DNA of 46,500 nucleotides from the NCBI GenBank assembly GCA_964402405.1, contig CAYOCE010000004.1, positions 1 through 46,500 of the forward strand. The letters run 5' to 3'. Positions 36,706 to 45,703 of this stretch are shown here, in pieces. The notes under the pieces are model-generated. The model saw only the letters and a list, made by a program, of their open reading frames with translations, made no database searches and was not told the origin of the DNA. Within the stretch, counting starts at the first letter, position 1. Each line of letters starts with the position of its first letter. The stretch is from an uncultured Hyphomicrobiales bacterium. GTDB taxonomy: Bacteria; Pseudomonadota; Alphaproteobacteria; UBA7879. Position numbers and translations under genes: made by a program.

Positions 36706-38013
36706 TTATTTTCTATAACTTACCTTCATCCACACATAGATAGGGGTACTGCCAAAAAATAATAGCGCACCTAAGAACACTTGTTCCTGGCCTGCGCCAA
36801 TAATCGCCCATATCAAATAGCCAAAGGCCAATAGACTTCCCGTAAGGGCCAGCTTATTTTTGGCATTTCCCAATAAGCTTTTAATATCTGCCAAGATGGG
36901 AAATAGGTAGGTAATCAGGGCTGTTAGGGTTGATAACAATAATAAGAAGGTAAATTGATTCACGAGGTTTTCTGTATAGCGCATGAACACAATTCCTGTG
37001 ATCAAGAGGCTCGAGAAAATTAATCCCATGTGGGGCGCCCCAAGTCTATTTTGTTTCTTAAAAAGCTTGGGCATTAATGAATCTTTTGCAGCCGCCAAGG
37101 GAATTTGACCTTGCAACATGGCCAGAGCATTCATGGTGCCAATGGTGGAAATCACCGCCCCTAGACCAATTAACCACGCCCCCCATTGACCGAAAAGTTT
37201 TTGGGCCACATCAGAAAAAGGGGCCGTGGCATTTTGTAGGTAGCCCTGGGGTAAAACGCCCATCACCACCATAGAGCTGAGAATACAGACAGCCACCACC
37301 ACCAGCGTTCCCCAGAAGGTGGCGCGGGGAATTGTCTTTTCAGGATTTTTAATATTGCCTGCGGGAACTGTCCCTGCCTCGAATCCCAAAAATGCCCACA
37401 GGGTAATAGTGGACGCCCCCATGATGGCCAAGATGGGATTCATGCCAGTGGCATTGAACGGCTCAAAATTAGCAAGCTCGATGTGAGGCAATCCAAAGGC
37501 AATGATCAGGAAAATGGGCACCAGTTTCAAAATGGTAAAGATCAATTGAAAAATGGCGGATTGATAAATCCCCATGACATTTAATAAGGTAACAGCCCAC
37601 ATGCCGCTAATGGCAACCACAAACCCCAGCCATGGGGTTGTCTGAATAGCTGGAAAAAAGACAGACATATAGGCAGAGAGCCCCACCGCGAGGGCCGCAT
37701 TGCTCACACATGTGGAAATCCAGTAATTCCAAGCAACCTGGAATCCAACAAAATCCCCAAATCCTTGGCGGGCATAGGCATAGGGCCCGCCACTTGCAGG
37801 GTTTGCAGCCGAAAGACGCATGAAGGAAAAAACCATCAGAAGCGTTCCAAGGGCCGTAAAAATCCATCCGAGCAATCCAATGCCTCCAAAGTGTGCAAGG
37901 CTTGCTGGAATCATAAAAATCCCAGCCCCCACACTGCTACCCACAACAAAGGACATCACTGTCCAAAACCCTAATTTTTTGTCTGTTGGTTTAAGGCTAG
38001 CCATTTTTAACAC
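36706..38013 (-). CDS. APC-superfamily basic amino acid/polyamine antiporter, tandem paralogue
   Basis: 435 aa, colinear with the neighbouring gene (VGSSVGAGIFMIPASLA, GGPYAYARQGFGDFVGFQVAWNYW). Only 12 nt separate it from the downstream paralogue. Confidence 0.85.
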   Translation of the reverse strand: MLKMASLKPTDKKLGFWTVMSFVVGSSVGAGIFMIPASLAHFGGIGLLGWIFTALGTLLMVFSFMRLSAANPASGGPYAYARQGFGDFVGFQVAWNYWISTCVSNAALAVGLSAYMSVFFPAIQTTPWLGFVVAISGMWAVTLLNVMGIYQSAIFQLIFTILKLVPIFLIIAFGLPHIELANFEPFNATGMNPILAIMGASTITLWAFLGFEAGTVPAGNIKNPEKTIPRATFWGTLVVVAVCILSSMVVMGVLPQGYLQNATAPFSDVAQKLFGQWGAWLIGLGAVISTIGTMNALAMLQGQIPLAAAKDSLMPKLFKKQNRLGAPHMGLIFSSLLITGIVFMRYTENLVNQFTFLLLLSTLTALITYLFPILADIKSLLGNAKNKLALTGSLLAFGYLIWAIIGAGQEQVFLGALLFFGSTPIYVWMKVSYRK

Positions 38014-39347
38014 CCATCATCATTTTTAGAGGAAAAATTAAAATCAATTTCATGACGCAATTTGAAAATTCCCAAAATATTAATCACCATGAGTAACCCT
38101 CCTGCAATTTGCATGATAATCAACGCATGGCATGCATCAAAAAAGGAAAAAGTTATAAAGGCAATAATGGCATAGGCATAGTATATTTTAGGACCAATTT
38201 TCGGGGAAATAAACTTCGCACACTTAAGTCCCGCAATCATGTAGGGCAAAATAGTTGAATATCCCAATAAGAAAAAGAAAATTGTCATAAAAATATCCAT
38301 GTAGGGAAAATAATTCGTCAATGCTGCCTGCACCATAGCTGTTGGCTCAATATCTTGATGCCAAACCCCCGTGATCAGCAGCAATAAAACGGTGCAGGTA
38401 CACACAATAAAGGTATCCAGAAAAATTCCAAAAATTGCAAAGGCTGCCTGTTTTGAAGGATCTTGGGTCCTCGTTTCACTATGAATGATGGATGCATAGC
38501 CAATACCCACATCTCCTGAATAAGCCGCCCCTGACATTCCCTTGGCAACGGTGATCATAAGAGTGACTCCTGCAAATCCCCCAATAACCCCGTGGGATGT
38601 AAAGGCCGCTTTGAACGTATTTAATAGCATCCCAGGCATCATCTCAAGGTTCATGCAAACAACAAATATGGTCATGGCCAAGTAAACAACCACAAAAAAA
38701 GGAACAATTTTGGAATTAATATCCGCAATTCTTTTTACGCCGCCATTCACACAAACCAAAATAAGGGCTAGCAAGGCCAAAGTAACCCACACTGGAGACA
38801 GATGAAAATTAGTTGAAATAGATTCCTTGACCACATTGAACATGAAAATCTCAACGCCATAGACACATAGTAGGAGCGCCATTAGGACGGCAACCCACTT
38901 GGCCTTTGGAAAAGCCTTCTGCAAAAAATACATGGGACCGCCGTCATATCCTCCTAGTTCATTGAGGATACGATATTTGATGCCTAAATAAATTTCCGAA
39001 TATTTGATAATCATACCAACCAAGGCAGTGATCCAAATCCAAACAAGAGTCCCCGGTCCTCCCATTTTAACGACCACGCTTATGCCTACTAAATTACCAA
39101 TCCCAATGCATCCCCCGACAGAGGCAAAGAAAACTTTGATGGGATCCGCCCCTCGGGCATCCGACGGACAAGAAGTTGCCTTCAGGCAATTAATGAAATG
39201 CTTTACAACATCAGAAAATCTGAAGATTTGCATCCACTTGGATTTAAAAGAAAGGTACATCCCAATGACTAAAATCAAGGAAATGCCCATATATCCCCAT
39301 AGGAGATTGTTCAGGTCGTCAAGGTAAGAAAAAATTTGATCTATCAC
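38007..39347 (-). CDS. alanine/glycine:cation symporter (AGCS family)
   Basis: Polytopic. The N-terminal ...LNNLLWGYMGISLILVIGMYLSFKSKWMQIFRF and FASVGGCIGIGNLVG blocks are typical of the AGCS family. The track ORF starts at GTG 39401; GTG 39347 is preceded by AAGGAA at 9 nt and is preferred. The 3' end overlaps the next gene by 7 nt. Confidence 0.88.
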   Translation of the reverse strand: MIDQIFSYLDDLNNLLWGYMGISLILVIGMYLSFKSKWMQIFRFSDVVKHFINCLKATSCPSDARGADPIKVFFASVGGCIGIGNLVGISVVVKMGGPGTLVWIWITALVGMIIKYSEIYLGIKYRILNELGGYDGGPMYFLQKAFPKAKWVAVLMALLLCVYGVEIFMFNVVKESISTNFHLSPVWVTLALLALILVCVNGGVKRIADINSKIVPFFVVVYLAMTIFVVCMNLEMMPGMLLNTFKAAFTSHGVIGGFAGVTLMITVAKGMSGAAYSGDVGIGYASIIHSETRTQDPSKQAAFAIFGIFLDTFIVCTCTVLLLLITGVWHQDIEPTAMVQAALTNYFPYMDIFMTIFFFLLGYSTILPYMIAGLKCAKFISPKIGPKIYYAYAIIAFITFSFFDACHALIIMQIAGGLLMVINILGIFKLRHEIDFNFSSKNDDGC

Positions 39348-39421
39348 AATTAAAAGTTCCTTTAAAATGCATCCAACAAAATCATAAAAAGCCCAACGCA
39401 CACAAGCGATATCTGCTACTT

Positions 39422-39524
39422 TGTGGCGCTTTTATATTTTTAGCTTAAAAAAATCTAGGAATATTTTTTGAAAACAAAAGAGACAGCGCCACACAGATTA
39501 TCTGTGTTTTAGCACAGTGTGGCG
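39422..39524 (-). promoter_or_regulatory. structured leader: three mutually complementary GC-rich segments plus U-tract (candidate attenuator)
   Basis: In minus-strand order the elements are CGCCACAC (39524-39517), GTGTGGCGCT (39494-39485), GTCTCTTTTGTTTTC, and AGCGCCACA (39430-39422). The middle segment can pair with either outer segment. Confidence 0.3.
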
Positions 39525-39601
39525 TTTATGGGCTTGTTGTAATTTTACATAAAAATTTATCATACCCCAATCATACACCAAAAATAAATGAAAGTGTCAA
39601 G

Positions 39602-39633
39602 GAGAAATATATTGATTGAGAAATATATTGATT
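39602..39633. repeat. perfect 16-bp tandem duplication
   Basis: gagaaatatattgatt occurs at 39602-39617 and again at 39618-39633, in the divergent spacer between the transporter operon and mlaA. Confidence 0.9.
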
Positions 39634-39857
39634 CGGATCTATGCATGAAAAGTCTTCTGTTTGATCCGAAAGCTTCTAAGTCCTTTGTTCAAAAAACCTG
39701 AAGTGCCCCCGCGTAATTTTACACGTATACATTTTTGCTTCAAACTTAGAATATTAAACTTTTCATAATGCAACTTCACTCGGATTAAAAAAGATTGATG
39801 GACATTCATCAGTTGAGTATACTGGGTCTATAAGTTTTGATCATAGGTGAGGTTTTA

Positions 39858-40691
39858 ATGTTAAAAGGAATAGCTGTTGGATGGGCACTAGTGTTGCTAT
39901 GTCTTTCTGGCTATGCAAATCACGGGAACACCCCCTCTCCCTCTGAGTCTTCTCCTCCTACTGTTGAAGAACCTGCAGCATCACCTGGTGATACTAATGT
40001 GCATCTGTCTGCTGATGAGTTGATGCCAGATCCCTTTGAGCCATTCAACCGTGTCATGTTCGAAGTCAACTATTTTATAGATGGCGTTTTCCTGAGTCCT
40101 GCGGCCCATGTGTATAAAAGATCTACCCCAAATATTTTCAGACGCGGGGTAAGCAATGTTCTGAGCAACTTGTGGGGACCAATAAGTATCTTAAACCATG
40201 CTTTACAAGGTAAAGGACATTCTGCTTGTGAGGCTTTTGCACGGTTTTTCATTAATACAACCATAGGAATCTTGGGTATATTTGATGTGGCAGAATTATT
40301 AGGGGCGCCTGAAAGCTCTGCAGATTTTTCCCAAACCTTAACTGTTTGGGGGATAGATCCAGGCCCTTATTTAGTTTTGCCTATTATTGGCCCAACAAGT
40401 GGCCGAGATGCATTTGGACGATTAGTTGATAACCTTCTTGATCCATTTAATATATACATGTACAACCATCACTATGATCACAACATTTATATTCGAACAG
40501 GCCTCTATGTTGTTTCAAAAAGAAGCCAGGCAATTGAGGCTATGGATTCTTTGGAAAAAAGTTCGATTGATCTGTATGCAACCATTCGCAGCCTTTATCA
40601 ACAACAGCGTTTGAATGACATGGTTGGGGGAGAGGCAGAATACTATACTCCAGGACCTGAGGCCTATGCCGATGACAAGGAACCTTTTTAA
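39858..40691 (+). CDS. mlaA: MlaA/VacJ-family outer-membrane lipoprotein
   Basis: The DPFEPFNRVMFEVN... and INTTIGILGIFDVA blocks are typical of VacJ/MlaA. The ATG at 39858 is preceded by GGTGAGG; the track ORF starts at TTG 39837. Confidence 0.85.
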   Translation: MLKGIAVGWALVLLCLSGYANHGNTPSPSESSPPTVEEPAASPGDTNVHLSADELMPDPFEPFNRVMFEVNYFIDGVFLSPAAHVYKRSTPNIFRRGVSNVLSNLWGPISILNHALQGKGHSACEAFARFFINTTIGILGIFDVAELLGAPESSADFSQTLTVWGIDPGPYLVLPIIGPTSGRDAFGRLVDNLLDPFNIYMYNHHYDHNIYIRTGLYVVSKRSQAIEAMDSLEKSSIDLYATIRSLYQQQRLNDMVGGEAEYYTPGPEAYADDKEPF

Positions 40692-40715
40692 GTATAATTC
40701 ATTTTTATTAGGAGA

Positions 40716-41447
40716 TTGAAATTGAGATATCCATTCGTTTTTTTAATTCTATTATCTTTTTATGGAATGTCTGAGGCATTGCCTATATTGGCAACCCCTA
40801 AGAATGACAAGGTTTTGGTTCATACAAACTCTTCAAAACCTGCGACAGACCTCTTTGAAAAAGCAAAACAGTTTATTGGAGATCTAGGGGCTCGGGCCAT
40901 TAACACATTAACTTCAAAAGAAATGGCCAGGGAAGAGCGAGAAGATAAATTTCAAGTAATCTTTGAAGAAGCTTTTGATTTAAACGCCATTGCCAAATTT
41001 GTTTTAGGACGTTATAGACGTATAGCCACCGAGGATGAGAAAAAAGAATTCCTAGATCTCTTTAAAAAATCCATGTCTGTCACGTATGCGGATCGGTTTA
41101 GTCAATACACAAATGAGTTATTTGAAATTACAGATGCTAAAAATCAAAACGCCAGTGCAGGACTTATTCGTGTCTATAGCTTTATTAAACGTCCAGATGC
41201 TCCCAACGTAAAAATTGATTGGCATATTTATGCAACCAAAGATGGAGACTTCAAGATTGTTGACGTGTTTGTTGAAGATATCAGCATGAGCATGACTCAG
41301 CGCCAAGACTATAGTGCCACCATTGAGCGTGAGGGAGGAACTGTGTCTGGTCTAAACCGTGCCCTCAAAGAAAAGGTTAAAAATTCCCATAAACCTGTTG
41401 ATGGATTAATAACGAGCAAAAGCAATAATGTTGCTGCGGGAGCGTAG
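40716..41447 (+). CDS. mlaC: MlaC/Ttg2D-family periplasmic phospholipid-binding protein
   Basis: Signal peptide plus F..AFDLNAIAKFVLGRYRR.ATEDEKKEF..LFK......YA..F, characteristic of the toluene-tolerance Ttg2D/MlaC family. A TTG start at 40716 or 40722 follows GGAGA. Confidence 0.78.
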   Translation: MKLRYPFVFLILLSFYGMSEALPILATPKNDKVLVHTNSSKPATDLFEKAKQFIGDLGARAINTLTSKEMAREEREDKFQVIFEEAFDLNAIAKFVLGRYRRIATEDEKKEFLDLFKKSMSVTYADRFSQYTNELFEITDAKNQNASAGLIRVYSFIKRPDAPNVKIDWHIYATKDGDFKIVDVFVEDISMSMTQRQDYSATIEREGGTVSGLNRALKEKVKNSHKPVDGLITSKSNNVAAGA

Positions 41448-41488
41448 GGTTATGAAAAGACATCGATGGAATCTATGGGCTTTTAAAG

Positions 41489-43021
41489 ATGTCTAGTTTG
41501 TTTCGACCCCTTGTAACAGTGAGTGGTTTTACAGCCATTAGTCGAGTATTGGGGTACGTACGAGATAAACTAATCGCCTCTTACTTGGGGGCTGGGGACA
41601 TATCCGATGCCTTCTTCTTGGCCCTCCGCCTTCCCAATCTATTTAGGCGCCTTTTTGCAGAGGGAGCCTTTAATGCAGCCTTTATCCCTTTATTTTCCAA
41701 GCTGTATTACGAAAAACCTGAAAAGGGGATTTCTTTTTTGCATGTTGCCCAAACGTATTTAGGATTGGTCTTATGTGCCCTTGTTTTATTTTTTGAACTC
41801 TTTATGCCACAGCTAATGGCGTTGATTGGTCCTGGATTCAAAAGTCATGCCTTGAAATTTCATATGGCTATTGAGTTTTCCAGAATTACATTTCCCTACA
41901 TCCTATTCATTGCCATGGCTGCCATGTTATCGGGGGTTTTAAACACCTTGCATCGATTTGCCGCGGCTACCGCAGCCCCTATTATTTTAAATGTTTTTAC
42001 AATCTTTGCCCTCATTGTTCTTGAATCCTGCACCTTAAAAATGGGTTATGGTCTTAGTTGTGCTGTTTTCTTAGCGGGTGTAGCTCAACTGGTTTGGGTT
42101 ATCTTTGCAACTCACCGCGCTGGTATTCCTCTTTATTTTGTTAAGCCAACCCTAACGCCTGAGGTCAAAGAGCTCTTTAAGAAAATGATCCCAGGAATTT
42201 TAGGGGCGGGAGTCTATCAATTCAATCTATTGATTTCTGACATCATTGCTTCCTATATCCCCTCGGCTATTTCTTATCTTTCCTTTGCCGACCGTATTAA
42301 TCAGTTGCCATTAAGCATGATTGGGATTGCTATGGGAACTGTTTTGCTGCCCCTTCTCACAACTCATTTTCATAAAAACGATATGAAGGCAGCCCTTAGA
42401 ATTCAAAATCAAGCCATTGAAGTCACTGTGTTTCTGAGCCTTCCGGCTGCCATTGCCCTGATTGCCATTTCCCACCCCATCATTCAGGTTTTGTTTGAGG
42501 GGGGTAAATTTACCCCTACCGCCACACACGCAACGGCCTTAACCCTTTCGGGATTTGCCCTTGGGCTACCTGCTTATGTGTTAATTAAGGTCTTTAATGC
42601 CAATTTCTTTTCTAGAAAAGATACCTCTACCCCTGTTAAAGTTGCCTCTGTAAGCGTCGTTTTAAATATTATTTTAAATCTGAGTTTTGTTTATTGGTGG
42701 GGATATGTGGGCATTGCTGTTGCAACGGCGGTATCCTCGTGGGTAAACATGATTATGTTAGGCATCACCCTGGGCCGACATCAATTGCTGCATTTTACAA
42801 AATCTTTTGTCGTACATATTTCCAAGATTGTTATCAGCAGCATTGCCATGGGGGGCGTGTTATGGCTTAGCAAAGAAAGTATGACCCTATTTTCTCCAAC
42901 CCTTCATCCCTTCTTTCATTTACTACTCCTCATCAGCGCAGGGTTCCTATCTTATTTTGGGATGATCTATGTGTTGAAGGCCATCCCTGTGGCGCTGAGG
43001 AGAAAAAGTATAGCCAAATAG
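41489..43021 (+). CDS. murJ: lipid II flippase MurJ (MviN)
   Basis: 510 aa with about 14 TM helices. N-terminal SGFTAISRVLGYVRDKLIASYLGAG..SDAFFLALRLPNLFRRLFAEGAFNAAFIP is the canonical MurJ start. Confidence 0.93.
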   Translation: MSSLFRPLVTVSGFTAISRVLGYVRDKLIASYLGAGDISDAFFLALRLPNLFRRLFAEGAFNAAFIPLFSKLYYEKPEKGISFLHVAQTYLGLVLCALVLFFELFMPQLMALIGPGFKSHALKFHMAIEFSRITFPYILFIAMAAMLSGVLNTLHRFAAATAAPIILNVFTIFALIVLESCTLKMGYGLSCAVFLAGVAQLVWVIFATHRAGIPLYFVKPTLTPEVKELFKKMIPGILGAGVYQFNLLISDIIASYIPSAISYLSFADRINQLPLSMIGIAMGTVLLPLLTTHFHKNDMKAALRIQNQAIEVTVFLSLPAAIALIAISHPIIQVLFEGGKFTPTATHATALTLSGFALGLPAYVLIKVFNANFFSRKDTSTPVKVASVSVVLNIILNLSFVYWWGYVGIAVATAVSSWVNMIMLGITLGRHQLLHFTKSFVVHISKIVISSIAMGGVLWLSKESMTLFSPTLHPFFHLLLLISAGFLSYFGMIYVLKAIPVALRRKSIAK

Positions 43022-43136
43022 GTTCGCATATCCACGTTTTGTCAAATTTACACCCCGCGATATTAGCAAAATATAGTCCGCGATTTGTATAAAATGAACA
43101 CGCGTGCCTTATTAAATAAGAAAAATTACCCCTCCC

Positions 43137-43166
43137 TTGCCTTGAAAAGAAAAAGTGCGTTACAAT
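43137..43166 (+). promoter_or_regulatory. candidate sigma70-like promoter for dps (TTGCCT-18-TACAAT)
   Basis: TTGCCT at 43137-43142 and TACAAT at 43161-43166, about 28 nt upstream of the dps ATG. Sequence match only. Confidence 0.35.
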
Positions 43167-43193
43167 AGAATAATAAAAATAGGAGGGATAAAC

Positions 43194-43679
43194 ATGCGTA
43201 CAGTCTTTAATGATCTTGATTTAAAAATCCGGGAAAAAATGGTTAAGCTTCTAAATCAGCTTCTGGCAGATGGGGTGGTTCTATATACTCATGTGAAGGA
43301 GGCCCATTGGACGGTACGGGGATCGTCCTTTATTGCGATTCACGAGTTGTTTGATAAGGTGGGCGAGCATGTGTTGGATATCAATGATACCATGGCGGAG
43401 CGCATCCAGCAGCTGGGTGGGACGGCCCATGGTATTGCCTCTGTGGCTGCTAAACACACAACCCTCCCCCCATATCCTGAGAATTTGGTTCATGAAAAGG
43501 ATCATGTGATTGCTGTTTCCAAAGCCCTCTCCCATTTTGCCAAAGACCTAAGACAGGGTATTGAAGTGTCTGCAATGCATAAAGATGCGGTAACAGCAGA
43601 TATCCTCACAGAACTAACTCGGGACCTAGATAAAGACCTGTGGTTTGTAGAATCCCATCTGGAGAAGGTTGTTTTGTAA
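43194..43679 (+). CDS. dps: Dps-family DNA-binding ferritin-like protein
   Basis: The HW.V.G..F..IHELFD ferroxidase-centre block (EAHWTVRGSSFIAIHELFD). The ATG at 43194 is preceded by GGAGGG; the track ORF starts at 43155. Confidence 0.9.
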   Translation: MRTVFNDLDLKIREKMVKLLNQLLADGVVLYTHVKEAHWTVRGSSFIAIHELFDKVGEHVLDINDTMAERIQQLGGTAHGIASVAAKHTTLPPYPENLVHEKDHVIAVSKALSHFAKDLRQGIEVSAMHKDAVTADILTELTRDLDKDLWFVESHLEKVVL

Positions 43680-43680
43680 C

Positions 43681-44970
43681 CTACCTACTCCCTGCCGCTA
43701 AAATCCTTCTTTTAAGCGTGGGCATTTTGTTGAAAGTACGGAGCCCTAATTCTCGGAGTTTATCTAGCACAACAGAATCATTGGAAAATAAACTATTCAG
43801 CCCTGTCATGGCATGCTTCATGATGAGCGTATCTCGGCGTCTTTGATCTGAGTAACCCTGCAGCACCGTCAGGCTCCCCATATCTAGACCAAGTCCCCTC
43901 GCCTCTGCAATCACCTGGGCCAAGCACTCTATATCGCGAAATCCCAAGTTTAGTCCCTGTCCTGCCAAGGGATGAATGACGTGGGCGGCATCCCCGACTA
44001 AGGCAACGCGGGGTTTTATATAGGTTTCTGCATGCTGGGCAGTCAGTGGATAACAATAGCGTTGGGTCAGCAAGGTGATATCTTTAGCGGCCGTAACCAA
44101 ATGTGGGGCCAGATATTCTAAAAATGCATCTTCTTCCATATCCAATAAAACTTGGGCAGCATTAGGTTGCATTGCCCATACAATGGCCTTACGATTTCTG
44201 GTCATGGGGAGGATGGCAAAGGGTCCGGTTGGCAAAAATTTCTCAAACGCAATATTATCATGAGACAAAGGGGTATCGATTGTGAAGACCAGGGCTGATT
44301 GATTGTAGTCATGCTGCTTCACGGAAATATGACTCAGAGAACGCACAGACGAATTTTTCCCATCCGCCCCTACAACCAGAGATGCTCTTAGAATACATCC
44401 ATTTGAGAGTGTCACTGTTCTGCTATCTATTTTTTCAAGGGAGGCCTCTGGATGCCATGTTATATTTTTATGATCATAGCAGGCCTTGAATGTAGTCTGT
44501 CTCAACCGATAAGCATCTACCAGATAGCCTATGATATACTCCTCGCCTTTCAAACCATGGATCGCAAAATTTTGGATACCTTCGAGGGTCTTGTATGAAG
44601 AATACATTATCCCTCGAGGGATCCCAATTTCGCTTCCCCTGTTTTGAAATCCGAAGAGTATAGGATCCTGGATAGCCTCGTGCTCAAAATCTAAAGAAAA
44701 AGGTCGATCCCCATTGGAAACTAACACTTTTAAAATGGGTTCTGCATCCTTTTTCAGTAAAGGCCACAGGCCAGCTGCTTCTAATATTTTTTTTGATTTT
44801 TGAGAGAGGGCAAATCCCCGATGATCCTCTTGTAAGGTTTCCAAGGCTTTTAAGGGAAGGTGGTCCACAACAGAAACTTGAATGCCACTATCCGCCAATA
44901 ACAAAGCGAGGGTCCCGCCTATAGGACCCCCGCCTTGAATGATAACATCGGTGAGTATTGGTTTCGTCAC
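43681..44970 (-). CDS. UbiH/UbiF/Coq6-family FAD-dependent ubiquinone biosynthesis hydroxylase
   Basis: N-terminal [14 protein letters not shown] (GxGxxG), DGKNSSVR, and [21 protein letters not shown]. The preferred start is GTG 44970, which overlaps the sodB stop as GTGA. The track ORF extends to ATG 45006, inside sodB. Confidence 0.85.
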   Translation of the reverse strand: MTKPILTDVIIQGGGPIGGTLALLLADSGIQVSVVDHLPLKALETLQEDHRGFALSQKSKKILEAAGLWPLLKKDAEPILKVLVSNGDRPFSLDFEHEAIQDPILFGFQNRGSEIGIPRGIMYSSYKTLEGIQNFAIHGLKGEEYIIGYLVDAYRLRQTTFKACYDHKNITWHPEASLEKIDSRTVTLSNGCILRASLVVGADGKNSSVRSLSHISVKQHDYNQSALVFTIDTPLSHDNIAFEKFLPTGPFAILPMTRNRKAIVWAMQPNAAQVLLDMEEDAFLEYLAPHLVTAAKDITLLTQRYCYPLTAQHAETYIKPRVALVGDAAHVIHPLAGQGLNLGFRDIECLAQVIAEARGLGLDMGSLTVLQGYSDQRRRDTLIMKHAMTGLNSLFSNDSVVLDKLRELGLRTFNKMPTLKRRILAAGSR

Positions 44971-45569
44971 TGAGCCTGTGCCAAGTTTTGATCTACAAAC
45001 TCCCAATTAATCAGATGATTTAAGAAAGTGTTTACATAGTCTGGTCTACGGTTTTGGTACTCCAGATAATAGGCGTGCTCCCACACATCGCATGTCATGA
45101 GAGGGATCAGTTTCTGGGTAATAGGCGTTTCGGCATTTCCTGTTTTCACAATACGTAATTGATCATGGTCCTTGACCAGCCAGGCCCATCCGCTCCCGAA
45201 TTGACTGATGGCAACTTCTTTGAACTCTGCCTTGAAATCATCTAGGGATCCAAAAGAATCATCAATCAATCTTAAAACCTCCCCCGATGGGACAGAGAGT
45301 CCTGCGGGCTTCATGCTTTTCCAATAAAAATCATGGTTCCAAACCTGGGCTGCATTATTGAAAATCGCTACAAATTCAGGCTTACTTACAGTTTCATGAA
45401 TAATTTGCTCTAGACTTTTCCTTTCAAAGGGGGTGCCCTTGATTAATTCATTTAGCTTGTTCACATACCCTTGATGGTGTTTTCCATAATGAAAGGTTAA
45501 TGTTTTTTGCGAAATATAAGGCTCAAGCGCAGAATCAGCATAAGGCAATGGGTCTAGGCGAAATGTCAT
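44967..45569 (-). CDS. sodB: Fe-type superoxide dismutase
   Basis: HYGKHH metal ligand block, [11 protein letters not shown] (Fe-type pattern) and DVWEHAYY. The ATG at 45569 is preceded by GGAGGA; the track ORF begins at TTG 45581. Confidence 0.93.
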   Translation of the reverse strand: MTFRLDPLPYADSALEPYISQKTLTFHYGKHHQGYVNKLNELIKGTPFERKSLEQIIHETVSKPEFVAIFNNAAQVWNHDFYWKSMKPAGLSVPSGEVLRLIDDSFGSLDDFKAEFKEVAISQFGSGWAWLVKDHDQLRIVKTGNAETPITQKLIPLMTCDVWEHAYYLEYQNRRPDYVNTFLNHLINWEFVDQNLAQAQ

Positions 45570-45703
45570 AAAATCCTCCAAAAAAGTTTTTAAAATTATT
45601 GAACTTGAGATAATGATAAAAAGAATATCAGGAAAAATCTAGAGGTATTTGTGATAAAAGATAAGAATATGGTAACCCATGGATAAATCCACAGAGTTTG
45701 CCC

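Noticed and set aside
39402-39560. Possible glycine riboswitch upstream of the AGCS (alanine/glycine symporter) gene.
   Set aside because: I could not find the conserved glycine-aptamer cores (GGAGAG ... ACCGAAGGGGCAA-like segments) on the transcribed strand. The structure seen is reported instead as an unclassified attenuator candidate.
39858-41447. mlaA and mlaC adjacent without mlaFEDB, as a possible incomplete or novel lipid-transport module.
   Set aside because: Mla components are often split between loci, and the window cannot show absence from the genome.
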